From positions 248,001-312,000 of the forward strand of contig NMRA01000210.1 of the NCBI GenBank assembly GCA_002633005.1: a stretch of 64,000 nucleotides of DNA, written 5' to 3'. The notes below the pieces were generated by a model. It was not told the origin of the DNA, ran no database searches, and saw nothing but the letters and a program-made list of their open reading frames with translations. Made by a program: the position numbers and the translations under genes. Source of the stretch: Phoronis australis (Eukaryota; Animalia; Phoronida). Shown here one piece after another: positions 13,701-24,394 of this stretch (its first letter is position 1; each line of letters starts with the position of its first letter).

Positions 13701-16700
13701 TCAATGATCACTGTTTCTGGCAGCAGCAACGTCCTCCGCCACATGTTCCTCTTCACATCTGCTAGTTTTGAACCTTGGGAAGTTTTAACTTTCCTTGTGT
13801 GACTTGTTTCTTTTGAGTCCACGTCGTCAGTCAGTATGCAATCATTGTGCTATGTGTGCCATTTTCCATGCATCTTCCCATTCCACTATCAACTTTGCCA
13901 TCCTGTCTCTACTGAGTTGATGTTAGCTTCATTGAACCATCACCCCGTACTACTTGCCCATTTCCGTCACCCCACCTCTGCAATGATTGCTTTGTTGAAC
14001 CATCTTCCCATACCACATGTTCATTACGTCATCCCACATCTACTTAGTGCATCATCAATGAATCACTTTCCCACATACCCAGCCCATTCCGCCACCCCCT
14101 CTCTACTACAGCCACGTACCACAAATATTTGCTTTTTCCCCCTGCCACAGTCCGTTCCGCTTGGTACACCGTCAATCTTATCATCGTTGCCCACTTTATC
14201 TAGTTGAATCAGCTTGAGGTACCAGTGCCGGTGATGAAGAAGTTCTTCACTACACGGACCAACCTTGGGGAACATTCTATTGGAAATAGATGGTGTTACG
14301 TCCTGCCCAGGTAGAGTGATTTTTGTTCCATACCACGTGAAGATATTCGTTTATCGTAAGATTGTAACGTGCAGTGCAATAGAGCTGTAAGCATTAGGTA
14401 ATAGCTAGTATGCATATAAAAACTCAGACACTTTTAAGTACTGCTCCGTCAAGTATTCGTTCTCCAGAATTCTTTTTCAGCATGAAAAAGGGACAGATAG
14501 TTGGTGTCTGTAGTAGCTTTCCTGCCAGTACGGTGTTTGCGACGTACAAGGACCTGAAGCGTCATTGGAAAAACACGGTAAGTCTTCATGTTGGTAATGT
14601 TAAGTTAGTACATTTCATTGCTAATCACCGCTTGAAATGTATGTGAGCCTCACCTTTTTAAAAGTGTAGGAGTCGAATCTGGATTCGATTGCAACACCGA
14701 TGCTTGCACGCCAATAAATCCCGTTTGAATAATACCGTTGACGCCATGTAACAATCAAATATTGTTCAATACAAATTTGATAAACTGCACAAGACCCGAT
14801 GTTAAAATAAGATTTAAGTCTAAGGACGCCCTTTTCTGTATGAACCTCAGTTCTGGAAAATGATCAAGTTCTGAATTGTTTTGTCTTGGTACAAATTGCA
14901 TCTATTATCATGATACTTTCAGTATGGATATCGGTTGCCTGAAAGTGAAGAAACAATGCTGTTTTACCAAGTGTACTTTAAACCTATTGGCAACACATTG
15001 TTCACGTATCCTTCACATAGTATACAGAGTATTCTTGTTTCTTGTACCAAAAACCTATTTGTAGTTGATATAACTGTGCTGTTAGAAATCAGTGCGTTGA
15101 TGTGGTATAAGTAAGATTTATTAGTCTTCTTTCACGCCATGTGTTGGTCACGTCTTGTGACCTATTTTTAAGTCTGAAAAGATCTCCCTAGCCGGGAAAG
15201 AGATATTTTCAGAATTAAATATCGGTCACCTAAAGCGACCAACATATGGCGTGTAAGAAGTCTAACAATCCCTACTTATAGCTATTACAGTGTTTACTTC
15301 ATGATTCTTGTATTAGTGTTAATTCCGGTGTCTCCGACGACAGGTTCGCTTTGACACTGCTACGCAATACATGAGTTGTTCTTACGTGAACTTTTAATGT
15401 CGTCTTAACAGTCAGCAAATTTTTTTTTTCTTGATCATCCCTCAGATATCCGGAATGTTGTCTTCGAAAGAACGACGTCACTGTTTTCCCGCGATGTGAC
15501 TCGTTTTCTATAGTGCGTTCTTTCCTCCGCGATGTGTTCCTAAAGGTTCCATCTATCTGTGGCGATAAACTTTACCTTCGCTCACAAAACCCATCCTTCC
15601 CCAGCTTAGATGTAACCTTGGCGTCTTCTGTCATGGTAAGTTTTGTAACAATTGCACCAAGACTTTGTATCCAATTTGAAGTCCATTGGACACGACATAA
15701 CACGACTCGGTAGTTCTAATGTAATACACCATGCGACGCAACTCATCTCAATTCATTTCATTACACCATTAGTATCACGACATACAAACTGATATTTGGT
15801 AGGATAATGTGACGATGACGAAATGACGTAAACCGCTGCACGTTACACGACGCGGCTCGTCTCGTGTCGTTTCATACGTGGGAAGCATTATCGAGTGAGT
15901 TACGTCAAGTCATTACTAACACATTTGCAATTCAGCGATACAATTCACACGTACTGGTCATTACCGACATATATTTCGCCGGCGACTGGTGGATTTGTCC
16001 TGCTTTCATTTCAGGCAGATGATCAAAGCAAGAACGTTAACCTTACCTGCAAAATCCCTCACTGCCTTCAAAAGGTTCAGTTGTCAGTTAATAAGCCACC
16101 AATCGGTTCCTATAACAAACAAGAACAGCAACTTCCGCAGCAGAAACAGCAACAACAGAAAAAGCAGCACCAACAGCAGCAAAATGAAGAATCAAGTTAC
16201 CACCACGCAAGACCCAAGAATATAAATATTATTCCTTCCTTCAAACCTGTTCGAAAAGGGCCAAGTTTTACAAGTTCGCTGTCTACCAGCTCTGCGCCAA
16301 GGATAGTTCCGGTGTTTACTGCAAAATGCTCTAAAGTGCAAAAGAAGTCACCTTCCACTTCCGATGACGCGTTGGCTGCAAGAAAAAAATCAAGGGTGCA
16401 ACTGCACAAACCTACATTTCAAAGAACTAATGCCGTTTTGTTGACACATGGTGAGGTCTGCAAGAACACTATTATCGAAAGGGGTAATGCAACGAATACT
16501 GAAGAGATGTCGAATAGCTGGAAGAGGAAAGCTGAGTCACAAGTAATAAGTTCATTTTCATACATTATTTCAACCTTTCCTAGCTGTCGTCCGTGATCGT
16601 TGTTTACATGTATGTATTACCATCTCCGTCTGTATTTTACCGCTGCCCTGATTTTCCTTCATCTCCTAGCATTGTTACAAGGACTATATGCTACACTTGT

Positions 16701-17393
16701 TAGGACACATTTCATTTTATGCAAATTTATGTATACATGTGTACACTATATATATGCATACATGTGTGTGTGTGCTCGCGCACTTGTATGTGTGCGCGCG
16801 CGTGCGCGCGCTTGGGTGTGTACACTAGAAGTCGAATAACACACAAAGCTACAGCTGTTTTCCAGGACGTAGGACACCAACAAAAGACAGATACCAAGAA
16901 GACGAAAAACCATGACGTTGATGTCGCGCAATTGGCAAGATCCAACATGGTACTCTTATGTTGAACTTCGAGGACTAAAAAATACTCGCCTACAGCTAGA
17001 CAGAATGAAATCCTTTTGGCCGTTACGTTGTGTCATTTTTTGTTATAAAGACAGACATTAACTTAATAATGAACTTATTTAATAGATAAATAACTTGTTT
17101 TAAGTTGCGACGACTTCAGAATTAAAAATACCTTATTCAACTGTTTATCCAGGAAAAACACCACCGTAATTGGTTGACGCAGTAGGATTCAGAACTTGAA
17201 GAAAGTTAGATTTAATACTTTGTACATTTATAGTGAAACATGGTTCTTGGTGTTTCAGCTTGGAAAAGTGACCACGGCTACACTTTTGACATGGTTGAAA
17301 AGAAAAGGAGTGAAATGCTCGGCAAGAGATAAAAAATCCGAGCTCATAGTTAAAGTCAATCAGGCACTGTCCATTGCCACTCATGAGCAGTGA
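4716..17393 (+). CDS. C18orf63: C18orf63-like protein (DUF4708 family), 13 coding exons, about 570 aa
   Basis: join(4716-4837,7244-7322,7804-7860,10493-10604,12744-12785,13003-13079,14204-14310,14481-14577,14923-15005,15446-15635,16015-16542,16866-16949,17259-17393); all GT-AG and phase-consistent, 1713 nt. Peptides CLKYTILAKIAPQWNKIGRYLVQGRDF, WCYVLPSMKKGQI, DLKRHWKNTYGYRLP, VYFKPIGNTLFTYP, FPRCD and KVPSICG follow vertebrate C18orf63 motifs as I recall them. Confidence 0.88.
5030..5420 (+). mobile_element. Decayed C-terminal fragment of an Academ(X)-like transposon protein with Cys-rich (CXC/Cys8) finger, in intron 1
   Basis: Frameshifted peptides RLYA..VNKARYLIF, LLLHGKRANYQCAIRKRALQ..PSPFGNGW, WMSLPLAPE..KCKGSGCSKKCSCLKSSRPCSKLC..DCE. 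Confidence 0.6.
11098..11649 (+). mobile_element. Possible solo LTR
   Basis: TG...CA ends, repeated TAGAACATTCTAGAA-like motifs, TATA-like TTAAATA and later AATAAA; no clean TSD and the left boundary is uncertain. Confidence 0.4.
11805..12703. mobile_element. Mutator/MULE-like foldback element (non-autonomous)
   Basis: About 260-bp near-perfect TIRs (11805-12065 and about 12445-12703), flanked by a perfect 9-bp TSD AGTTTGTAC (11796-11804, 12704-12712). Confidence 0.9.
13866..14106. repeat. Degenerate tandem repeat, about 63-65-bp unit, about 4 copies (intron 6)
   Basis: Recurring TGAACCATC..CCC..AC..CCATT.CGTCA.CCCAC.TCT units near 13866, 13932, 13995 and 14058. Confidence 0.6.
15006..15445 (+). 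other. Probable U12-type (minor spliceosome) GT-AG intron
   Basis: 5' splice site GTATCCTT; branch-like TTTCTTGAT about 10-18 nt before CAG; flanking exons join in frame as LFT|YPEC. Confidence 0.7.
16729..16822. repeat. Compound TA/TG/CG dinucleotide microsatellite
   Basis: TATATATATG..TGTGTGTGTG..TGTGCGCGCGCGTGCGCGCGC. Confidence 0.8.
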
Positions 17394-17629
17394 CGCTGCA
17401 CTGTGATCGAAGAGCACCCGTTTACCATACAGTCGCGATTAATCTGTTTTTCTTCTGGTGTGTTAAACTGTTGCGTTACATGATTTAAGTGTTGATATAC
17501 TTTTCACATTGCCCACCAAGACTTCTAGATGCATAACAATAATACCACACGTCTCTGTCGACTGGACCCGTAACTGAGCAGCTATCTAAGAATAGGACGC
17601 GCTATCGCCTCAGCCTGCAAATCATGAAT

Positions 17630-17813
17630 AATAAAGGGCTTCGTCTACACGTTAAACGTTAAAACGAACGTGTGAGTTACCGGAGGTCGCAGGTTAACGT
17701 TTACGTATGTGCTGTCTTCCAATAAAGAGCTTCGGCTACGTGTGAAACGCGAACGCGAGCGTGTGAGTCACAAGACGTCAGAGTTCACGCTCGCATATGC
17801 GTTGTCTTCCAAT
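17630..17813. repeat. Two diverged 91-bp tandem units, each AATAAA plus a hairpin; candidate poly(A) region of the C18orf63-like gene
   Basis: AATAAAG(G/A)GCTTCG(T/G)CTAC...TGTCTTCC at 17630 and 17721. Confidence 0.65.
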
Positions 17814-18335
17814 TCGAATGTTAAGTGATGACGTATTTGCCACTATTATTACGCTATTTGGACTAGCAAATTTGAACAGAAATGCACAGTCACATTACAT
17901 TGTCGAAAATTTTGTCTGTCTTGGAATTTTACCGGATTCAGGTAACCACGGGGGGATGCACCCACTGCATGCTCCCGGAGAGATCAGAAGAATTGGGATT
18001 GACCATATCCATAGCCAGGTGACAATTTTCGAAGTGCTTATTAACTTACAGATCTACCTAAATCTGGCCTAATTGATATCATTGTTTTTAATTTTGGCTA
18101 GTCAGTTCATTAGTTGTAGGAAAGAGTTATGTACGAGAGGGAGTAATAAAGAGAAGAGAAAAAAATAGATAATGACAACATCATAAGCCTTCAGTTTTCT
18201 TGTGGATCCCGTGTGATCGCCTTGGCTCACTTGGTAAGTCGAACCGTACAGCTTTCGTCGCACCAGGTCGCTCATGAGTGGACAATGCTTGCTCCAGTTG
18301 AGTCAGTTGCTTGTCAATGTCCGACTCACCTCTGT

Positions 18336-19243
18336 TTACTTGAACTGTTGTTCACTAAGTGTAGAGGAGGGCACACTTGGCTCTGGTGTAAAGTTAAACC
18401 TTTTGCAGCTTTGGGAGATATCTTGTAAGAACCGTTTGTTACGCCGCAGCTTTGCACCAGATGGTGTCGAGATGATGTATGAACGAGGTTCCTTACATTT
18501 CCCGATGACAGCTGCTGACGTACAGAATTTATCGTCATCATCTTTGAACAAAACTTTCATTCCTGGCAATAATTGGGATTGCTCCGGACCTGTTGTTAGG
18601 TCGTAGTATTCCTGACTGCGCTGTGACTTCTCACAGAAATGATAATACTCTTCATCACTTCGTGCTTGGTTTGGGATGTAATCTGATAGGCCATCCTTTC
18701 AGCAAAACCATTAGACTGTGCATACTTCGGGCTGCTTGTGATATGTTGAAAATTCCACACAGTAGCAAAGCTTCTGAACTCACTGCTTACGTATTGGGAA
18801 CCGTTGTCTGTGTACAAACGCTTGCAAATTCCATGAACAGCAAACAAATCCTTGCAAAACTTGATTACTTCTGAACTTGACTGTTTCGTCAGTGCTGTGG
18901 CAAATGGCATCTTGCTGTAATGATCGACCAGTAAGACATAGGTATGTCCCTCTAACTCAAAAAGATCACTTGACAGTATCTGTCATGGCTGTGTCGGAAT
19001 TTCAGATTTAATCATCATCTCCTTTCCAGGAAGACGAACATTTTCCAAACAGTGTTTGCAGTCCTTGATATCAGAACTCATGTGCGGCCAGTACAAGCTT
19101 TCTTTAGCTCGCATCTGGGCTTCTGGTATTCGCTCTAGATACTCTTGTCTCATGTTCTTGGGAACAATCAGTCGCTTTGCAGTGATAATCACACCATCTT
19201 CTACTGATATGAAATCTCGCATCGACCAATATGCTCTGATCAT
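18336..19243 (-). pseudogene. Gypsy integrase fragments
   Basis: ORFs 18983-19243, 18596-18910 and 18336-18569 (zinc-finger region, rve core, PRSYII..LRRNKRFL tail). Confidence 0.88.
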
Positions 19244-19742
19244 CTTTGGTACCAGTTTAGCATCTTGTGGCCATCCAATTACTACTTGCTCACGCAGTGG
19301 TCTGGATCTGACAGGGTTGAAGCTTTGACGTGTGCAAGTTGAGGTTCAGATGTCTGGATTGTGTGTTCAAATACGATGGCTGCTCCCTGAGATGGTGCTA
19401 TTCTAGACAGGTAATCAGCATAAACCATCTCTTTGCCTGGACGGTACTTAATGTCCATGTCGTATGGTTGTATGCCTAGTAACATCCGTTGCAGGCGGGT
19501 TGGAACCTGGCTCAACTGCTTAACACTGATGTATTGGAGTGGTTTATGGTCACTAAATACTGGTACAGGTTTGCCATACACATAACAGTGGAGGTGCTCC
19601 AGTCCGAACACAACACTCAGTAATTCTCGTTCAATGTTAGCGTGGTTTGTCTCAGCTACAGTCAGGCTCTTTGAAGCAAATGCAACTCGTCGGCCATTCT
19701 GTGTTAGCGCTGCATTGAGGCATCGACTTCAATTTTCACTGG

Positions 19743-19864
19743 TGTGTATTTATTTATTATAGTGACATAAGGGTACCAGTAAATACAATATCAAAGACAG
19801 ATTATTCACCACACCCCCCAGCCTCAATGGGCTTACTCAGTCACCTAATAATAATTAAATCACA
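19743..19864 (-). mobile_element. 122-bp solo LTR nested in the Gypsy RNase H
   Basis: TG...CA termini, 4-bp TSD CTGG (19739-42 and 19865-68), AATAAA near the minus-strand 3' end; excision restores LLRYFEPSLPVKIEVDAS. Confidence 0.8.
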
Positions 19865-19958
19865 CTGGTAATGAAGGCTCAAAATATCTCAGTAGCATAT
19901 CTTTGCTGACTGCTTGTTTGACCGAATCAAATGCTTCTTTGCACTCAGTTGTCCATTC

Positions 19959-20965
19959 CTAGGGAGTATTCTTTTTGAGCAACTGTCTGAGGATCTGTGT
20001 ATTACTTGACAGCTGTGGTATGTAGGGAGTGAGATATTGAATCAAGCCCAGAAAACTTGACAGTTCAGCTGTTGATGTTGGCTCAGGTTTGTTGACAATT
20101 TTGTCGCATTTTTGTGGATCTGGCTTCATTCCGTATTTTGTCCGGATATATCCAAAGAGCGATACGTTATATTTCCGTATGTCACATTTTTCCAACCGAA
20201 ATATTAACTCTTCAGCTCTCGCAACCTTCATCAACCTGTGAAATGCAGCATATTGCTCTTCGACACTTTTGCCATACACAATGACATCATCGGCAATTCC
20301 TAAAACGCCATGTCCTGTCTTCGCTAAAATACGATCCGTCTGGCTCTGAAAAATGTTCTGAGAGATACCTAGTCCGAAAGGAAACATCAAAAATCGGTAT
20401 TTTGCGACAGTTGATTGGAATGTACACATATCTTACTGCTTCTTGTGGTCAGCTTAATACCTCAATATCCATGTTTGGCATCTAGTTTGGAGGAAACAGC
20501 TGATCCTGACAGCTGATGGCTTATTTCGTCCAAGGTGGGTATTTTGTGGTAAGTTCTCTTTATAGCCGTGTTTAGCTTTCTTGGGTCCAGACAAACTCTG
20601 AATTCTCCACTGGGTTTACGTGAGAATGCAAGGGCGTTGACCCAGTCTGAAGCTTCATCGTCGTCGCACTTGGCTATCACACCCATTTGCTCCATTTCCA
20701 GGAGTTTGTAGCAGATTTCTTCCTTCAAGTGTATTGGATATTTACGTGGTGGTGTGATCTGAGGTTCAGTGTCTTTCTTGAGCTCTATGTCGTACTCACC
20801 AATGCTCATGAACCGGTCTGGGTACAATTCTTGGAGTACGCTTGTGCTAGATATGAGTGGTTTATCATTCATTACAGAAATGTTGACACTGTCTTTTACA
20901 CTCCCGATACCAAGCTTTTCTGAAGTGTCGCAAGATAATATAGCTGGGCCATCAGTACCGTACAT
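19959..20965 (-). pseudogene. Gypsy reverse transcriptase fragments
   Basis: ORFs 20462-20965 and 19959-20429 carry RT motifs, separated by a stop and frameshift. Confidence 0.9.
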
Positions 20966-22487
20966 GTAGAAACGATAGGTGTTCCAATCAGATCCATCGA
21001 AACGAACTGGTAGGTCAAATTATCCAAATTGCTTTATCACTGTGCCATTAACAGTAGTCAACTTGACGTTGGAACTCTGAACTACTGAATGTCCTCCTTC
21101 ACGTATGGATATATCTGTTTCAGACTTTGCATAGGAAGCAAGTTTCCATTTGTACCAGTGTCTGCTTTTGCTCTCAGTGTAACTCGTCGCGAAGTTCTTG
21201 GTGGTTTTATGTCTAGTTTGTCTATTATTAACTCTCGAGAAACATTTATTGTCGTCTCGTGTACTTTTACTGAGGGGCAGTTCAATGGTATCCGGTTGAT
21301 TTGCTGCTCACTGTCGCTGCCTTCAAAGCCGTGTATTTCCTTTTGTTTTCTTTGACAGTTATGCCGATTTGAGGACCGTCTGTTTCTATTCTGGCTGCCT
21401 CGTTTTCGTGATGAGGATCTGCCTCTTTGTTTGAAATGTTCAGCTTTACAGGCAAAAGGGAAATGGCTTCTTTTTCCACAAGCCTCACAGGTTGTTCCAA
21501 AAGCAGGGCAGTTTCTATGAGGGTGGTTTTTCAGGCAGTACTTGCAACTGAAGCGTTTCTTTTGAACATTATTCATAGTTGCGATGCATGTTGCTGATGA
21601 ATAGTCGATGCACTTTGCATTGTGGCTTGATATTCTTGTACACATGCAATCACGTCTGCCAGGTTCAAGTCGTTTCCTTTGGATATCACTTTTCGCCTTG
21701 CTTCGGGCCATTTGATGCCTTTAATAAGCTGAAAGATGACTTGCTCATTCATCGTATGCAAAACCAGTTCTTCGCTTTTGCCTGCAGTCATCGATTTGCC
21801 AAGATTCATGCTGCAATAACGAGAATAGTTCTAGTCTCATGACCCATTTGTTAGGAGAGCCTATGAGGTAGTCTTCAATTTTTTTGAAAACCTTGTCAAT
21901 GTCCTCTTTACCTTCTGTAGACAATGCCCAGTTATTCTGCAGCTCTCTCCCTTCGATCCAGAAGACAACAGGACATAGTGCCATTTTTATCATCTGCCAC
22001 ATCGCGAATGACAAAATAGCTTTCCACACATTGAATGTTTATGTCTGGTCCCTATAGTCGGAATTAAGGTATGCTAGTGGAACACTATTATCACTGGCCA
22101 TAATGTTACTATCATCGTTCGAAAAGAACGGACAACAGTGCCTATATCTTTCAAAAACACATAAAACAGTCTGCAGCACATAAAAATAATGTCAGTTATA
22201 GCTCGCCTTTTAAGGCTTGTTCGCTTCGCTGCCACCACGTTATATTGCAGGCCCGTAGGAAGGTGTGAATTTTTTTTGGAGGGGGGGCACAAACCAATTA
22301 GACCTCGCCAACCTACCTCCTTCCTATCTTTACCCCCCCCCCGTTCTGTAGACGTCACCATGTTTTTACCGACCCCCCACGTCCGCCATAGGTTGGTTGG
22401 GGGAGGGGTTAATACCTGAGATCTAGCCATCAGGATTTGAGCAACCGTGAACCAACAAACTTTCACGGCCTTGAGTAAGAATGGGTC

Positions 22488-22628
22488 TAGGGTCAGCGCA
22501 CTGAAGGGTAGCTGGGTACCAACAGTGGATTCGATGAACTAGAGCTAGTCGCTGGTCAGCTCAGCTACATGTATGATTCACTTGAGACACCCAGCTTAGC
22601 CCGTACCTATTTCTCTGCGCTGGCTCTA
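22488..22628. mobile_element. Small MITE-like inverted repeat
   Basis: TAGGGTCAGCGCA ... TGCGCTGGCTCTA termini; internal AGCTGGGT/ACCCAGCT symmetry. Confidence 0.45.
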
Positions 22629-23609
22629 AGGCCAAGATTCATTTTATTATGATCACGGTCCGGGAAAACTTCATTTTATCACGGCCATTCCTTGAAGGAG
22701 TTTTTGGGAAAGGTGAGGTCCCGAGGTCCCTGGTATGAGTGCCTTTCTTGCCGTTTCAAAATCTCTTGGAAACACAGCCGGTAGTCCACTTTCTTGTGGC
22801 TGGGGGAAATGATAGAGAGTGTGTCCCAAAAACGTACACACTTCAAGGCCTAGAGTTCATTTTCAGCTCCCGTGGATCACTGAGATTCTGCGCAGGCCCA
22901 CTGCATAGTTACACCTTATTTTTATCGTGGTGCGTCAGTCAGGACGTGCTCCGTGTGTGTAGTATGCACAGGAATGGAAAACAAATGATTCAGTTTTAAA
23001 GAAAATTTATTGTGCAATACTATGGGAATCTAACAGCATGAAGGTAGTGCGAAGAGAACCTTTCCCAGTTGATGAGCAATAAATTTAATTTTATTTAAGT
23101 TCTTAAGTTTCTCCCATCTACGGTTTGTGAAATTAAACCACTGATATATTCCCTAAGTCAATAAACAGTTTATTGTCATTCCAATTGTGAAAAAATTTAG
23201 GACACTTTGTATAAATGTCTGACATCCATAATATCTTTGAGATTTCTTTCAGATAGACAAAAAATCGTTTAGTGTACTTCTATATTTGGGGATCTGATGA
23301 TAGGTCGAATTGTCCCAATGTCTGCTTGCAACTAAGTTCGTTGAAGCATTGTCATTTCTTATAAGACTAGCTTCTAATTGTAAAAAAATCATCAGCCAAT
23401 CAGCTCATTTTCGTAGATACATAAACATGTAATTCAGAAACGAACAATCAAATCCATGAGCAATGCGTTTACCTTGATTTAATGACTTAATTCGTTTTGA
23501 TCCCCTGTTGGTGAGTTTTTACGACAAATCTTGTACTGAAGTCTAACAACAATGTATTTACTGTGATTTCAATTGTGAGTAAATTTTTGGGAAATGTCCA
23601 CATTTCATC

Positions 23610-24064
23610 AAGACTATTTTAAATACAACAAATTTGTTAAGAACCAATTGCACAAATTATATAACGTGTAGAGGGCACTACAAAAAGAAGTAGGTTTCGC
23701 GCGCAAACGCTGTGGACCATAAACAAGTAGGTCTCTTAGTATAAGATTAGTAGTTAAATCGTGGTGTAGTGGTAAAGCACGCGCTTTCTATCCGCCAGGT
23801 CGTTAGTTCGAGTTTGTGGTATTTGCAGTTTTTCCTGTTTGACACGTTCTCTGTGTTTTTTTTTGCCCTTTTTTCTTGGATAATACTTCAGGAAACAAGG
23901 AAAATGCTTGAGTTTTAGAGGAAAAAACAAAAAAATTTCCTGGGCGGGAGGGTTTGCCCCCCTCCCGACCTCCCCCCATTCGGTGTTTCAATCGTGGTTT
24001 GCGCAAATGCTTACAGCCGGACAAAATGTTGGGCCCCCCTTGTGATATCCTAGATCCGAGACTG
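23610..24064 (+). mobile_element. Partial copy of the TIR element at 40933-41942, including its tRNA-like segment
   Basis: Collinear with about 41481-41942 (AAGACTATTTTAAATACAACAAATTTG...GATATCCTAGATCCG). Confidence 0.8.
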
Positions 24065-24394
24065 GCACGGACATGTGTCTCATAGACAACAGTTAAGAAA
24101 TAAGTCACTATTTTCAGAGTATGGTGTGTGGATTGATCCCGCTTTTGCCGAATAAAGGGCTTGCCGCGACCGAATCACTCTCGTACGGGCGCACAGCACA
24201 CATTAGCGATTCCGTTGTCTTGTCTTGTATATCCCAGCGGTTAGAGTAACACCGCATTCGGACGTAGTAGATCTATAAGAAAAAGTCTATGAGAAATGTA
24301 TGATCAGATCAGTCAGAAATGCCTGGACTGCACAAAATTCGCCATGAACATATCCAGGAACGTCATGATCAACATTGCGTTCCACATTACTTAA

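Larger units (their letters stand above)
18190..22040 (-). mobile_element. Decayed Ty3/Gypsy LTR retrotransposon (Mag-like) internal region, gag-PR-RT-RH-INT
   Basis: Gag with two zinc knuckles CKYC..H..C and CEACGKRSHF..AC; protease ADTG; RT VCLDPRKLN, KLDAKHGY, FPFGL, IADDVIVYG; RNase H EVDAS, ERELL, SDHKPL; integrase LYWP, TDNGSQY, SSPKYAQSNGFAER. Many frameshifts and stops; no paired LTRs found. Confidence 0.93.

Noticed and set aside
18190-22040. Active or domesticated retroelement gene
   Set aside because: Frameshifts and stops across gag and pol, a nested insertion and no intact LTR pair
23761-23830. tRNA gene
   Set aside because: Box A/B-like motifs only, with no complete cloverleaf; embedded in a dispersed repeat
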